IMG/VR virus record: IMGVR_UViG_3300017435_000003
Span: 1,273-65,272 of that record
DNA: 64,000 nt
DNA from: a virus
Taxonomy: Duplodnaviria > Caudoviricetes
Strand: one strand, 5' to 3'
Position numbers and translations under genes: made by a program. Position 1 is the stretch's first letter. Each line of letters starts with the position of its first letter. Positions 45,435-54,468 of the stretch are shown in pieces. The notes beneath the pieces are model-generated. The model did no database searches, was not told the origin of the DNA, and was given only the letters and a program-made list of their open reading frames with translations.

Positions 45435-45482
45435 TAGGCCCCCGCCCACCGCGATGTCGATGGGGGCCATTCCGGGAACATC

Positions 45483-46913
45483 CTAGAACGCGAAGTGCGG
45501 TGTGTCCGAGAACTGGTCGACGTCGCGCGATCGCACGGCGACGAAATCCCCAAGGAATTTCGCCTGCTTAGCGGTAGATCTCCCGTGTCGGTTCTTCACG
45601 AACAGCAGGTCCACCTTATCGCGTGAAGCCTGATATTCAGCCTCCCAGCTTTCGCGATCCTTGTCGCCGGCCTTCGGCTCTGACTGCTGCAGGTAATACT
45701 CCTCGCGATAGACCATCGTGATCGAATCGGCGTCCTGCTCAAGGTCGCCCGACTCCTTCAAGTCAGACATCATCGGGCGCTTGTCCTGGCGCGCTTCCAC
45801 GCCGCGCGACAATTGCGCCAACGCGATGACACACACGTCGAGCTCGGACGCCATGCGCTTCACCATCTTCGAGACGGTGTTCATCTTCTTGCGGGTGTCA
45901 TCGATCACCCGGCCTTCGGCATCGGTCGCCGAGCACAGACCGAGATAATCCAGCACCACGAAGGCCAGCTTGTGCCCCCGGGCTGCGAACAGCGCCTTCT
46001 CGCGCGCCACAATCGACCAGATCCGGCGGATGTCGGTGTCCGGCTGGAGCGATCGAAACTTGAGGGGCAGCAGCTTCACCTTTTCCCGGATGATCGTGAG
46101 GTCGGCGCGGTCCTGGCGTGACAGGCCGCCCTTGCGCAGCTGGCTCGCCGTCAGCTTCACGCCGAGCGCGAAGCCCGCGTCTGCGGCCAGCCGGATGCCG
46201 CTCTGTTCCTTCGACATTTCGAGGTTGATGCAGAGCCCGGCGTGACCGCTCAACGCGTACCCAAGCGCTGCCGAACCAGCGAGCGCCGACTTTCCCATGC
46301 CAGGCCGGCCGGCGATGATGTTGTAGGTTTTCGTCTCCAGGTAGCCGAGCCCCTGATCAATCTCGTCGATCAGCGCGTTCGACATGCCCGCGGCGCCCGG
46401 ATCGGAGTTGATCCGATCATCACGCGCCTCGACAAACCCGATCATGTCGCCGCCATCGGACGATCCATCGTCGATCGTGTGGCTGGCGGCCTCGTAGCCA
46501 GCGGCTTCGACTTGCGCGCAAATCTCGTCGACTGGACGATCAAGATCATCCTCCAGCGCCTTGAGGCTATCGATCATTACCTGGCGCGCGTGCCGGCGCC
46601 CGGCGAGGTCGGCCACCTGATCGGCGATTGCTGGCGCGCCGGCGACGACGGCTGGGGAGTCGACGAGCTCGTCGAGGTACTGCCCCTCGAGCGCGTCCTG
46701 ATCGTGTAGGAACAGCGGGCGCAACGTCATCGCATCGGCGCGCATCCCTTTGGCCTGGAACTTCATCATCGCGTTGAAGATCCGACCATGCAGCGCATCG
46801 CCGAAGTCGGAATGCTTCACACGGTCGGCGACTTCCAGGATCAGCTTGTTGTCGAGCAGCAGCGCGCCGAGCAGAGCCGCCTCTGCCGTCTGATTGATCA
46901 GCCGGTCGCTCAT
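45483..46913 (-). CDS. dnaB: Replicative DNA helicase DnaB-like
   Basis: AEAALLGALLLDN, IIAGRPGMGKS, LEMS, VVLDYL, LAQLSRGVE.R.DKRP.MSDLKESGDLEQDAD, KNRHG. Confidence 0.95.
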   Translation of the reverse strand: MSDRLINQTAEAALLGALLLDNKLILEVADRVKHSDFGDALHGRIFNAMMKFQAKGMRADAMTLRPLFLHDQDALEGQYLDELVDSPAVVAGAPAIADQVADLAGRRHARQVMIDSLKALEDDLDRPVDEICAQVEAAGYEAASHTIDDGSSDGGDMIGFVEARDDRINSDPGAAGMSNALIDEIDQGLGYLETKTYNIIAGRPGMGKSALAGSAALGYALSGHAGLCINLEMSKEQSGIRLAADAGFALGVKLTASQLRKGGLSRQDRADLTIIREKVKLLPLKFRSLQPDTDIRRIWSIVAREKALFAARGHKLAFVVLDYLGLCSATDAEGRVIDDTRKKMNTVSKMVKRMASELDVCVIALAQLSRGVEARQDKRPMMSDLKESGDLEQDADSITMVYREEYYLQQSEPKAGDKDRESWEAEYQASRDKVDLLFVKNRHGRSTAKQAKFLGDFVAVRSRDVDQFSDTPHFAF

Positions 46914-47668
46914 ACCTCAGCGCGCGCCTCTGCCTTGTCCATGCACGGCTGGCACACGTCGTACTGGTTGACCTGCGCCGGCTGGTCGCAGGTGTTGCAC
47001 CGCGCGCGGCGGCCGGTGCGCTGCTTTTCGTCCGGACGGTCATCATCACGGTGCGGGATGCCCCACGACGTCCAGCCCCGCCGGGCCGCGCCGCCGAAGC
47101 CGTCCAGCCGCGGCCCGGCCGCGAAGTGTTCGACGCGTCGGTAATATTCCTCCGGCTTGCGGCTATGCTCGCGGCGATTGGAGACGATCACTTGGCGGAT
47201 GTCGTGGCGACCTACCTTCGGCTTTCCGATGCGGCCGAGCATGACGAACTCGGCGTTCTGCCGCGTGGTGAGACCCATGCCGAGAGCCAAGTCCGCTTCA
47301 AGCAAAGGCGTGCGCAGCAAGGATGAGGTGTCGAATTTATTCCAGAGCTTGATCCAGACGAAAGCGGTCGACGAAGGCGTCACACCCCAAGCGTCGAACA
47401 GGCGATTGTGCGCGCCCTTCACCATCAGCGGCCCGGTCATCCAAAGGAAAACCCACGCGTCCGGCAGCGCCATCTCGCGAACCGGGATCTTCTCGATCTG
47501 CTCGATCGACATCGTAGGGTAGTGCTTTTGCGGTGTCCGAATCTGCGCCTCGTCCTTGAGTGGCGCGCGGGTCTCGTGATGCCATGGTGGGTCAAATGAG
47601 AGGATCCCGAAGCGCTGATCCGGAAGAGGCGGGAGTGACAAATCGTCAGCCTTCGGCGCTCTGCTCAT
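46910..47668 (-). CDS. MT-A70 family adenine methyltransferase with C-terminal Cys-rich tail
   Basis: DPPW, YPTMSIEQI, VFLW, AFVWIK, HSRKPEE, RLDGF. Confidence 0.9.
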   Translation of the reverse strand: MSRAPKADDLSLPPLPDQRFGILSFDPPWHHETRAPLKDEAQIRTPQKHYPTMSIEQIEKIPVREMALPDAWVFLWMTGPLMVKGAHNRLFDAWGVTPSSTAFVWIKLWNKFDTSSLLRTPLLEADLALGMGLTTRQNAEFVMLGRIGKPKVGRHDIRQVIVSNRREHSRKPEEYYRRVEHFAAGPRLDGFGGAARRGWTSWGIPHRDDDRPDEKQRTGRRARCNTCDQPAQVNQYDVCQPCMDKAEARAEV

Positions 47669-48288
47669 GCTCCCTCGCTCCCCATCTGGCGGGCGCGGGT
47701 GAGGAGTGGCTTAGCCTCGTTGCGCGAAAATTCGTCCCACTCTGCAACGCAGTCGTCTTCATCGTCCCGCACAGCTCCATTCGCACGCACGGCGATTAAG
47801 TCCGCCAGAACGTCGCCTCGGGCTCGCGCCTTGGCCAACGCCTCGACCAGTTCCCCGACCAGCCCCTCCTGATCGGCGGAGGGCATGGAGGCGTAGAGCC
47901 AGTGGTCGCCTTCAGGCAGCGCATATGCGACGTAGGTGGCCAAGGTCATAGCGTAGCCGCCGTTTGTCACACGCACCTTCGCCACCTTCACCGCATCTAC
48001 GCTATCCGCGACGGGCATGGAGACGTAGAGTGGGCGCGTCTTCTGTCCGCGCCTGCGGTAATGCGCAAGATCACTTGCCTCGCAAATGACCCACTCGTTT
48101 ATCCCGGGGGCTAGCCGCTGCCACGCCGCCGGTTCCCCCTCCCCGCTATCCGTTGCTGCCCCAACCTGGGCGGTCTCAGCCTGACAGGTTCGGCAGTTCT
48201 CCTGCCTAATCTCATGGCTCCAGCAGCGGATTTCACCACCGCTTCCATTGGTCGGCTCGGACATGCCGGATTCTTGTTCGTTGCTCAT
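47665..48288 (-). CDS. Hypothetical protein
   Basis: ORF track; overlapping start and stop. Confidence 0.6.
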   Translation of the reverse strand: MSNEQESGMSEPTNGSGGEIRCWSHEIRQENCRTCQAETAQVGAATDSGEGEPAAWQRLAPGINEWVICEASDLAHYRRRGQKTRPLYVSMPVADSVDAVKVAKVRVTNGGYAMTLATYVAYALPEGDHWLYASMPSADQEGLVGELVEALAKARARGDVLADLIAVRANGAVRDDEDDCVAEWDEFSRNEAKPLLTRARQMGSEGA

Positions 48289-48863
48289 TTTTGCATCGCT
48301 TTCATCATTGCGGCATCACGCCATGGTCGTGGGTGGTATTCGCCGAGAGCGGACAGGCCGAAGTCAAGAATACCCGCAGCTTCGGCGGCGTCCGGCTTAT
48401 CGGTGTGCCAGCCGTAATCGGCGCAGCGCTGGAGCGCCAAGTCCTTGGGATCTTCGCCGGGCAGATACTTCTTCTTGTCGGGCGTCTTTTTGAAACCGGA
48501 GCCGCGACCGATGAAGTGCTTGCGCCATTTCGAGATCTCTACTTTGTAGACGTGGGCGTGGATCTGAAACGCGAACTTCTCGACCACACCGCCAAGGCAG
48601 ATCAGGCGGTAGACCGTGTCGATGTTGATGTTGCCCGAGATGTGCTGGGCCTCGAAAAAGATGTGCGTGATCGGGCCATCGCCCTTCGTCGCGTCGTACA
48701 AATCCCACAGCCAGTTCTCGAGCGCGTAGGCAGGCTTGCCTACCTCCCCCGGGTCGCCGGGGAGGCGGAACGCGTCCAGGAAGGGGCGTGGCATCGGATT
48801 GCGATGCCACGCGTACCCCGTCGTGGTCGCCAGGTCTAAACCCAGAGCACACGTCTTCTTCAT
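48285..48863 (-). CDS. RuvC-like Holliday junction resolvase
   Basis: LGLDLATTTGYA, IFFEAQ, WRKHFIG, DAAEAAGI. Confidence 0.82.
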   Translation of the reverse strand: MKKTCALGLDLATTTGYAWHRNPMPRPFLDAFRLPGDPGEVGKPAYALENWLWDLYDATKGDGPITHIFFEAQHISGNINIDTVYRLICLGGVVEKFAFQIHAHVYKVEISKWRKHFIGRGSGFKKTPDKKKYLPGEDPKDLALQRCADYGWHTDKPDAAEAAGILDFGLSALGEYHPRPWRDAAMMKAMQK

Positions 48864-49564
48864 GCGCGCAGGGGGTGCACGTTATCGACGGAGCGCGCGG
48901 TTGCGCCCTTGCGACCGCCGCCCTTCGCGCCGCGACCTGCCTGGGCCTTCAACTCCTCCTCACTCGCCTCGGTGAACGCGTCCGGGTCTGCGTTCGGGGC
49001 CGCCTCACTCGTCTCCGCGAGCTCGGCAGCTTCACACCGCGCAAGGATGTCTTCGACCGATGCGACATCGGCGGGAACATCATCGGAATTGATCGCGACA
49101 TCGACGCCATCCGAAATGATCTCTCCGACGACCCCCGCGACGTCGGCCGCCGTGATCGCGTCGCCATCCTCGCCTGGATAACCGCCGGCCTCTTCCATCT
49201 CGGCCCGCCCCTCTTCGGCAGTCATCGTGCGGCGCATAGGCAGCACGTCGCCCTTGCTGGCCTTGTCGACCAGATCCTCGCGTGCTTCCTCGTCATATCC
49301 AGCCGCGTCGAGCAGGCCCTCGAGCGAGCGAAGCACGTCGTTCCGATCCGCCATCTCCATACGGTCGAGAGCGTAAAAGATCTTCGCAGCTTGCCGGTTG
49401 ACCTTATGCCCTTCGATCTTCGCATAGATGTCGGCGATCTCGCCGTTGACCGAACCGATTTTGTCCTTCTTCGCGGTGATGGTGCGAACCTTCTGGACCG
49501 CGGCCCGGAAGTTCGGCGGCTGCATGTCCGCCTGCACCGATTCTGCAGATGCGCTCTTCGCCAT
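48860..49564 (-). CDS. Possible GapR/DUF2312-like DNA-binding protein with acidic tail
   Basis: EIADIYAKIEGHKVNRQAAKIFYALDRM resembles the GapR DIKDVYAEAK.G.D.KI...V.LRK pattern; AAGGA RBS. Confidence 0.5.
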   Translation of the reverse strand: MAKSASAESVQADMQPPNFRAAVQKVRTITAKKDKIGSVNGEIADIYAKIEGHKVNRQAAKIFYALDRMEMADRNDVLRSLEGLLDAAGYDEEAREDLVDKASKGDVLPMRRTMTAEEGRAEMEEAGGYPGEDGDAITAADVAGVVGEIISDGVDVAINSDDVPADVASVEDILARCEAAELAETSEAAPNADPDAFTEASEEELKAQAGRGAKGGGRKGATARSVDNVHPLRA

Positions 49565-49588
49565 GTGGCTTTCCTTGTGTTGCCTGGA

Positions 49589-49879
49589 TCAGGCGTGGAT
49601 GGCGGCCGAAGCTGCCGGTTTACCACCACCCATCTGGGCGGCGATTGCGGGACCGTAGAGGTATTGAACGAAGTCATGCGGCACGAGCGGCAGGCCATCG
49701 CGCTGAGCGCCAAGCAGCAACGTCTCATGATGTTGCTGCGGGATGAAGCCATTGCGCACCCAATTGCGGACCGTCTGTTCCGACACCTTCGGTAGGTACT
49801 TGCGGACCTTAGCGATGGCTTCGGGCCGCCTTGCAGCCAGACGCGCCAAGACGAGATCCGTCTGCGTATTTGTGGGCAT
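49589..49879 (-). CDS. Cro-like HTH regulator
   Basis: VSEQTVRNWVRNGFIP HTH; GGAGG RBS before ATG 49879; first gene of the leftward block. Confidence 0.75.
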   Translation of the reverse strand: MPTNTQTDLVLARLAARRPEAIAKVRKYLPKVSEQTVRNWVRNGFIPQQHHETLLLGAQRDGLPLVPHDFVQYLYGPAIAAQMGGGKPAASAAIHA

Positions 49880-49929
49880 TATGTCCTCCACAGGGATGGT
49901 CGGGTACCGCTCGAGCGAGCCGTCTCCCC

Positions 49930-49947
49930 TTGACCCTATTAGGGTTA
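49930..49947. promoter_or_regulatory. Operator-like palindrome TGACCC-TATTA-GGGTTA overlapping a -35-like TTGACC in the divergent control region
   Basis: Inverted repeat seen directly; lies between the divergent gene blocks. Confidence 0.5.
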
Positions 49948-50134
49948 TGCCGAAATCATGGCTAGTGCAAAATGTCCTTATCGTGGACGTTTTGTTGTTG
50001 CGCCTCGATCCGCCTTCGTCGATACGGATGGCACACCGAGTCGGCTTGGCCGCGGCGCGGTGTGAGACGGGGGGCCGCTTGCACTTACCCCCCGCACTTG
50101 ACGGTCCCTCGTCTCCTTTTCCGGCCTTTGGACC

Positions 50135-50527
50135 TTGTCGATGATCCCGGACCGATACCAGCGCGAGCAGCACGGCGCCGATGCGCTCGAGGAAGGATAC
50201 TTCCTCATCCAGCCGCAAGACCGCATCGCAATCCCCGTGCGGGTGTGGTTCGGACCTCCGGAGCAGGATGGAACCGTGCTCGACCGTTCGCCCCGCTGGC
50301 AGGTGCAGGTGGGCTTCGATGTGCTCGACGATGAGCCGGTGCGCGTGGGACCGCTGCGCATCGAGCACCTCACTGACATCTGGCCCGCGTGCGCCAAGCG
50401 CCCAACCGACCGCGACGACTGGCTCTACCGGCTGGAACGGCACGAGTGGGCGGCCACGTACGATCCCGACGACGCGTTCGGCGGCATCGGCCGGAAGGTC
50501 GACGTGATGACTGTAACCCTCCCCTGA
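50135..50527 (+). CDS. Hypothetical protein
   Basis: ORF track; start is TTG 50135 or ATG 50141. Confidence 0.6.
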   Translation: MSMIPDRYQREQHGADALEEGYFLIQPQDRIAIPVRVWFGPPEQDGTVLDRSPRWQVQVGFDVLDDEPVRVGPLRIEHLTDIWPACAKRPTDRDDWLYRLERHEWAATYDPDDAFGGIGRKVDVMTVTLP

Positions 50528-50531
50528 CGGA

Positions 50532-51326
50532 ATGAGCATGATCCCTGACGAAGAACCTCGGCGCCCCGCGCCCATCGGCCATAACGAGCCACCATCGCCC
50601 ATTGAGACGGTGCGCGGTCAGATGCAGGACGTGGTCGACAAGTACCGCGAGCGCGTCTCCTACTTCGCCGAGCGCGCGAATGCGAAGCAGGTGACAGACC
50701 GTATCACGGCTGGTCAAGCTGGCGACATCGTGAGCCTGGCAGGCGATCTTGAGACGCTGATCGTCAACGATCGCTTCGCTATCACCCGTCCCTATCGTGA
50801 GGCGGCAGACGTAGGGAAGGCGATCGCGGACGAGCTTTGGCTTCCAGTTGAGGAGGCGCTGACCCAGCTGCGCGCCCGGCTCAAGGCGTGGAACGACGAA
50901 GAGGACGTTCGGATCGAGACGGCGCGCCGCGAGGAGCAGGCGTTCATGGCCAAGGCGCGCCAGGCCGCCGCACCTGCTGTCGAGCCGGAGCCGGCACCAG
51001 AGGCAGAGGTGGAAACCGCACCGCGAAAGTCGCGCTTCGGCATCGATTACAGCGCACCAGCGGTTCTATCGCCGCGCGGTCCTAGCGCCGCTGCACCGCT
51101 CCAGCCGGCCAAGCGGCGCAAGGTGATCGGCGACCTCGGCTCCAAGTCCGGTAACGTCGACGTGACCGTCTACACGATCACCGACATGCGGGCCCTGCCC
51201 GACATCATCCTCAATTCCGAAACGGTGAAGAACGCGGCGCTGTCCGTGGTCAAGTCGCTCGCCCGGCACATGCCCGACATCCCAGGCGTCGAGAAGTCGA
51301 CCGCCACCAAGCTCAAGGTAGATTGA
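50532..51326 (+). CDS. Coiled-coil phage protein (PIGHNEPP N-terminus) coupled to RecT
   Basis: ORF track; GHNxPP motif common in alphaproteobacterial phage recombination modules. Confidence 0.7.
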   Translation: MSMIPDEEPRRPAPIGHNEPPSPIETVRGQMQDVVDKYRERVSYFAERANAKQVTDRITAGQAGDIVSLAGDLETLIVNDRFAITRPYREAADVGKAIADELWLPVEEALTQLRARLKAWNDEEDVRIETARREEQAFMAKARQAAAPAVEPEPAPEAEVETAPRKSRFGIDYSAPAVLSPRGPSAAAPLQPAKRRKVIGDLGSKSGNVDVTVYTITDMRALPDIILNSETVKNAALSVVKSLARHMPDIPGVEKSTATKLKVD

Positions 51327-51329
51327 TCC

Positions 51330-52565
51330 ATGGCCAGGCAGAACAACACCCAGCGCATGCAGCAGCAGAATCCGACGCCCAACGAGGTGCTTTCCAAGCA
51401 GGACATGCTCAACCGAGTTCTCCGGGGATTGAAGGCGCGCGGGCGCGAGATTGAGGAGGTGCTGCCGCTCGATGTCACCTTCGAGAACTTCTACTCGGCC
51501 GTGAACCAGGCACTTCGGAACAATCCAGATCTGCTCGAGTGCACGCCGGTCTCGATCGTCAACGCGTGCGTCAAGGCCGCTTACGATGGCCTGCGCCTGG
51601 ACGGCCGCGAGGCAGCGCTCGTGTCGCACAGGGTTAAGGTGTCGCCTTACAACACCAAGCCCGACGTTTATGAGACGCAGGCTCAGTATTTTCCGATGGT
51701 CTTCGGGCTGGTGCAGCAAATCCTTCGTGGCGGCGAGGTGCTCTCCATTGAGGCGGAGGTCGTCTACGAAAACGACGAGTGGGACATCACCCGCGGCACC
51801 GACGGCAAGATCCACCACCGGCCGAACATGGAGGAGGATCCGGGCGCGATGCTCTTCGCCTACACCGTGGCGACTCTCAAGAGCGGCGTGAAGACGACGG
51901 CCTACCTCCGCAAGCACGAGATCATCGATGTGATGATGGCGAGCAAGTCTGGCGTCGATAAGGACGGCAACCCCAAGGGTGTCTGGAAGCGTTGGCCGCG
52001 CCAGATGTGGCTCAAGACCGTGCTGCGCTTTCATCGCAAGACCTTGCCGCTGGGCGATCGCCAAATCGTCGACTCCGAGCAGCACGATCTCTTCCCGAAT
52101 ATGCAGCAGCCGACCAACCCGCTCGGCCTTACCGCGCCGGCACCAGCCATGCCCACGCGCGCCAATACCGTTTTGCAGGATCAGTCCGGAACCAGCGAGG
52201 GCTCTGCGCTCGACTTTGGCAATCAGGGGCAACGCGAGGAGGTGGAGCAGGGCGAACAGCAGCAGAACCAGCCGGAGCAGGAGAAGGCGAAGGTTACGGT
52301 AGCGCCGTCCAGCGATCCCATTCCTGGCGATGAGGAGGAGTGGGCCGCGTGGCAACGCGAAGTCGAGCAGAACATCGCGGCCTGCTCCACCGCGCACGAA
52401 GTTCAGAATATCGCTGCCGAAGAGCGCGAGCGGCTGGTTGCAGCAACCAAGGAGCGCCGCGACTGGATCAACGGCGTGATCAGTGATCGCCTTACCGACC
52501 TGGTAAGCGAAGCCGGCGACGGATCGGCCCCCGTCGATGGCGACGACAAGCAGGGCCAGGAGTAA
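51330..52565 (+). CDS. recT: RecT-family single-strand annealing recombinase
   Basis: NPDLLECTPVSIV, GLRLDG, VVYENDEW, AYTVA, MWLKTVLR; acidic C-terminal tail. Confidence 0.9.
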   Translation: MARQNNTQRMQQQNPTPNEVLSKQDMLNRVLRGLKARGREIEEVLPLDVTFENFYSAVNQALRNNPDLLECTPVSIVNACVKAAYDGLRLDGREAALVSHRVKVSPYNTKPDVYETQAQYFPMVFGLVQQILRGGEVLSIEAEVVYENDEWDITRGTDGKIHHRPNMEEDPGAMLFAYTVATLKSGVKTTAYLRKHEIIDVMMASKSGVDKDGNPKGVWKRWPRQMWLKTVLRFHRKTLPLGDRQIVDSEQHDLFPNMQQPTNPLGLTAPAPAMPTRANTVLQDQSGTSEGSALDFGNQGQREEVEQGEQQQNQPEQEKAKVTVAPSSDPIPGDEEEWAAWQREVEQNIAACSTAHEVQNIAAEERERLVAATKERRDWINGVISDRLTDLVSEAGDGSAPVDGDDKQGQE

Positions 52566-52569
52566 GTCC

Positions 52570-52827
52570 ATGAAGAGCAAAATCATCGCGCACATGCGCG
52601 ACCGCGATCCGGACCTTTCTGCGAAGGAGGCGGACCGCCAGTTCAACAACGTCTTCGATGCACTTCGCAGCGTGATCGACGTCAACGGCTCGGCGCGCAT
52701 CTCCGACTTCGGCACCTTCAAGAAGGTACGCCAGCAGGAACGCCAGGGCCGCAACCCGCGGACGGGTGAGGTCATCAAGATCGCGGCCAAGGACGTCATC
52801 CGCTTCAAGCAGTCGTCCGCCGGCTGA
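52570..52827 (+). CDS. HU/IHF-like DNA-binding protein
   Basis: ISDFGTF, RQGRNPRTGEVIKI, IRFK. Confidence 0.92.
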   Translation: MKSKIIAHMRDRDPDLSAKEADRQFNNVFDALRSVIDVNGSARISDFGTFKKVRQQERQGRNPRTGEVIKIAAKDVIRFKQSSAG

Positions 52828-52907
52828 ACAGTTAGCCCTCGGGTCGCACCAGGGCTGGCGGGTGGAATCACATCGATTCCATCCGCCACATGATCAAGGA
52901 AAACTCG

Positions 52908-53168
52908 ATGCCAGCACTATCTGCAATCACCGCGAAGGACATGCTTAGGGCTCTCCTGGATTTCCCTGCGGACGGGAAGGTCCCGCACGACGATGACACG
53001 GCTCTCGTGTGGATCCGCATGGAGGGCATGGGGCTCATCGAAGCCAAGAGCTTGCACAAAGCGTGTAAGGAGTGCGGCACCCCCCGTATCATCTCCACAT
53101 ATTACAAAATCACTCAGGCTGGCCGCGCGGTCATCGAAATTGCGCAGTCCGACAGGGATGAGTTCTGA
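52908..53168 (+). CDS. Hypothetical protein with CKEC motif
   Basis: AAGGA RBS; follows two strong hairpins at about 52836-52887. Confidence 0.55.
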   Translation: MPALSAITAKDMLRALLDFPADGKVPHDDDTALVWIRMEGMGLIEAKSLHKACKECGTPRIISTYYKITQAGRAVIEIAQSDRDEF

Positions 53169-54223
53169 TGTCCGACAACACGAAGATCAGTTGGAGCGAC
53201 GCAACGGCCAACGTCATCAACGGGTGCTCACTCGAGTCCCCCGGGTGCGCAGGATGCTATGCAATGAAGCAGGCGCACCGCTTCCCCGTACGCCAGGGCC
53301 TCACCGTGAAGACCAAAGGGGGAATGGTGTGGACGGGCGAAGTGCGCTTTCACGAGCCGGCGCTTATCCAAGTGCTCCGCTGGAGCCGTCCGCGCGCGAT
53401 TTTCTGGAACGCCCACGGTGACATCTTCCATCCATCGGTGCCGGATGCGTGGATCGACCGCTGCTTTGCCGGCATGGCGCTCACGCCGCAGCACTTCCAC
53501 CAGGTGCTCACCAAGCGTTCGGGCCGTATGCGCGAATACTTCGCCGGCATGCCGCAACCTCGCTGGATGAAGCACATGAAGGAGCTCGCGCTCATCGTGC
53601 CTAAGCCGGACATCGTCGACAACAAGTCGGGCGGCCTGATCCTTTCGACCGTCAATGGTGGCCAACTTCCAAACGTCTGGCTCGGCGTAAGCGTCGAGGA
53701 TCAGAAGCGCGCAGAGGAGCGGATCCACGATCTATTGCGCACCCCGGCTGCTGTTCGATGGATAAGCGCAGAGCCGTTACTCGGGCCGCTCGATCTCAAC
53801 GCGATCCGCATGAAATACTGGCAACTCAGCGCGCTCGACAATCGCCCTTGGATTAGCGTTGAGGATGGTCGCCAGATCAGCGCCGATCATGAGGGCCTCC
53901 CAAAGCTGGATTGGGTGGTCGTTGGCGGTGAGAGCGGGCCGAAAGCGCGGCCGATCAATCGGCAGTGGGTTCGGTCTCTGCTCGGGCAGTGTTCGGCGGC
54001 TGACGTGCCTTTCCACTACAAGCAGCACGGCGAGTGGTTTCCGTACGGCGAGCTCGATGCCGACGGCCATCAGAACAGCATGACCAAGGGGGAACGTCCT
54101 GGCTTCTGGCACGAGTGGCCAGATGGCGGCTTCTCGGTCAAGCTCGGCAAGAAGCTGGCGGGGCGCTACCTGGACGGCGTCATTCACGACGCAATGCCCG
54201 CTGCAATGGAGCAATCATCATGA
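53168..54223 (+). CDS. Phage Gp37/Gp68 (DUF5131) radical-SAM-like protein
   Basis: TKISWSDAT, GCSLESPGCAGCYA, QVLTKRS, VWLGVSVEDQ, SAEPLLGP, WVVVGGESG, FHYKQ.G. Confidence 0.9.
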   Translation: MSDNTKISWSDATANVINGCSLESPGCAGCYAMKQAHRFPVRQGLTVKTKGGMVWTGEVRFHEPALIQVLRWSRPRAIFWNAHGDIFHPSVPDAWIDRCFAGMALTPQHFHQVLTKRSGRMREYFAGMPQPRWMKHMKELALIVPKPDIVDNKSGGLILSTVNGGQLPNVWLGVSVEDQKRAEERIHDLLRTPAAVRWISAEPLLGPLDLNAIRMKYWQLSALDNRPWISVEDGRQISADHEGLPKLDWVVVGGESGPKARPINRQWVRSLLGQCSAADVPFHYKQHGEWFPYGELDADGHQNSMTKGERPGFWHEWPDGGFSVKLGKKLAGRYLDGVIHDAMPAAMEQSS

Positions 54224-54468
54224 TCAGGATCGAAATCTCGTGCGCCCACGCCAATGAGCCGCACGCTCGCGATGTGAAAGCGCCCTGCGATAGTCTGCGC
54301 AACCGCAGCATCGCGGTCGACGTCATGGGCACGTTCGACAAGGCCAAGGTCGAAGCGGAGCAGATGGCGCGCGATCGCGGCTGGGTGCCGTGGATCATCC
54401 CGGCCATCGGCCGCCGCAAGATGTTCATCTGCGGCAACTGCGCCAAGCGGGCGCGGGGAGAAATCTGA
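54220..54468 (+). CDS. Small Cys-containing hypothetical protein
   Basis: ATGA overlap; CGNC motif. Confidence 0.55.
   Translation: MIRIEISCAHANEPHARDVKAPCDSLRNRSIAVDVMGTFDKAKVEAEQMARDRGWVPWIIPAIGRRKMFICGNCAKRARGEI

Noticed and set aside
49880-50602. 5' extension of the Cro-like ORF to 50602
   Set aside because: It overlaps plus-strand genes and the control region; GGAGG supports a start at 49879
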